The position numbers were made by a program, and so were the translations under genes. Below the pieces are notes generated by a model, which was not told where the DNA came from, did no database searches, and saw nothing but the letters and a program-made list of their open reading frames with translations. A stretch of DNA of 64,000 bases, taken from the NCBI RefSeq assembly GCF_009914755.1, contig NC_060936.1. One strand, given 5' to 3'. Of this stretch, positions 63,227 to 64,000 are shown in pieces. Each line of letters begins with the position of its first letter. Within the stretch, counting starts at the first letter, position 1. Source of the stretch: the human T2T-CHM13v2.0 reference genome, Homo sapiens.

Positions 63227-63647
63227 CAAGTTTATGCTTGAGCACCCATGAACATTGTCTGTGAACTGGGCCTGATCTGAGGTTTAAAATATGGGATACT
63301 CTGATTTAAGCAAATAAGAAAAACCCCTAGCAATCCAAATACACAAGGCAGGATCTAGTCTGTATAAAATAATTAAAATATAGACTACTTTTTACCCATA
63401 AAATAAATCCTAGTGGGTTACAATTTTGAGGCAGCTACAATCTCCTCCATGAGAGAAGGTTCTTTCTCTTTCCAAGAGGTAACTCATTGCTGTAAGAACT
63501 CTGGTCACAAACATAACGTCAGCAATGTCTCCAGTTAGGAGGATGTTAGTTAGGTCATAAAGGTAGTAGTGACAGGAGGTACATAACAGAGAAAGATAGT
63601 ACATCTATCTTCAAGCACAGATCAAGGAATTGGTGCCCATATGGCTA

Positions 63648-63998
<351 letters not shown>

Positions 63999-64000
63999 CC

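Overview
Anthropoid primate (human-like) genomic DNA, AT-rich, CpG-poor and dominated by interspersed repeats: Alu, L1, L2, MIR, MaLR/ERVL LTRs and MER DNA transposons. I recognise no protein-coding gene, tRNA or rRNA, and I cannot name the locus. The long ORFs in the supplied track come from microsatellites, Alus or decayed L1s. The window looks like intergenic DNA or a large intron. Main points of interest: (1) a ~1.43 kb AAGGG/AAAGG polypurine array grown inside an Alu tail (RFC1/CANVAS-like layout), next to a well-formed 49-nt candidate exon; (2) an unexplained 135-bp diverged direct repeat enclosing a 43-bp-arm hairpin; (3) a two-LTR MLT1A-type element with nested Alu-(GAA/GAG)n and L1PB insertions; (4) an old twin-primed, 5'-inverted L1MA with intact 16-bp TSDs; (5) a 28-bp templated inversion inside a long L1; (6) several candidate non-coding exons and enhancer-like unique segments. 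I found no convincing new biological system. Repeat subfamily names are from memory of consensus sequences and boundaries are approximate.
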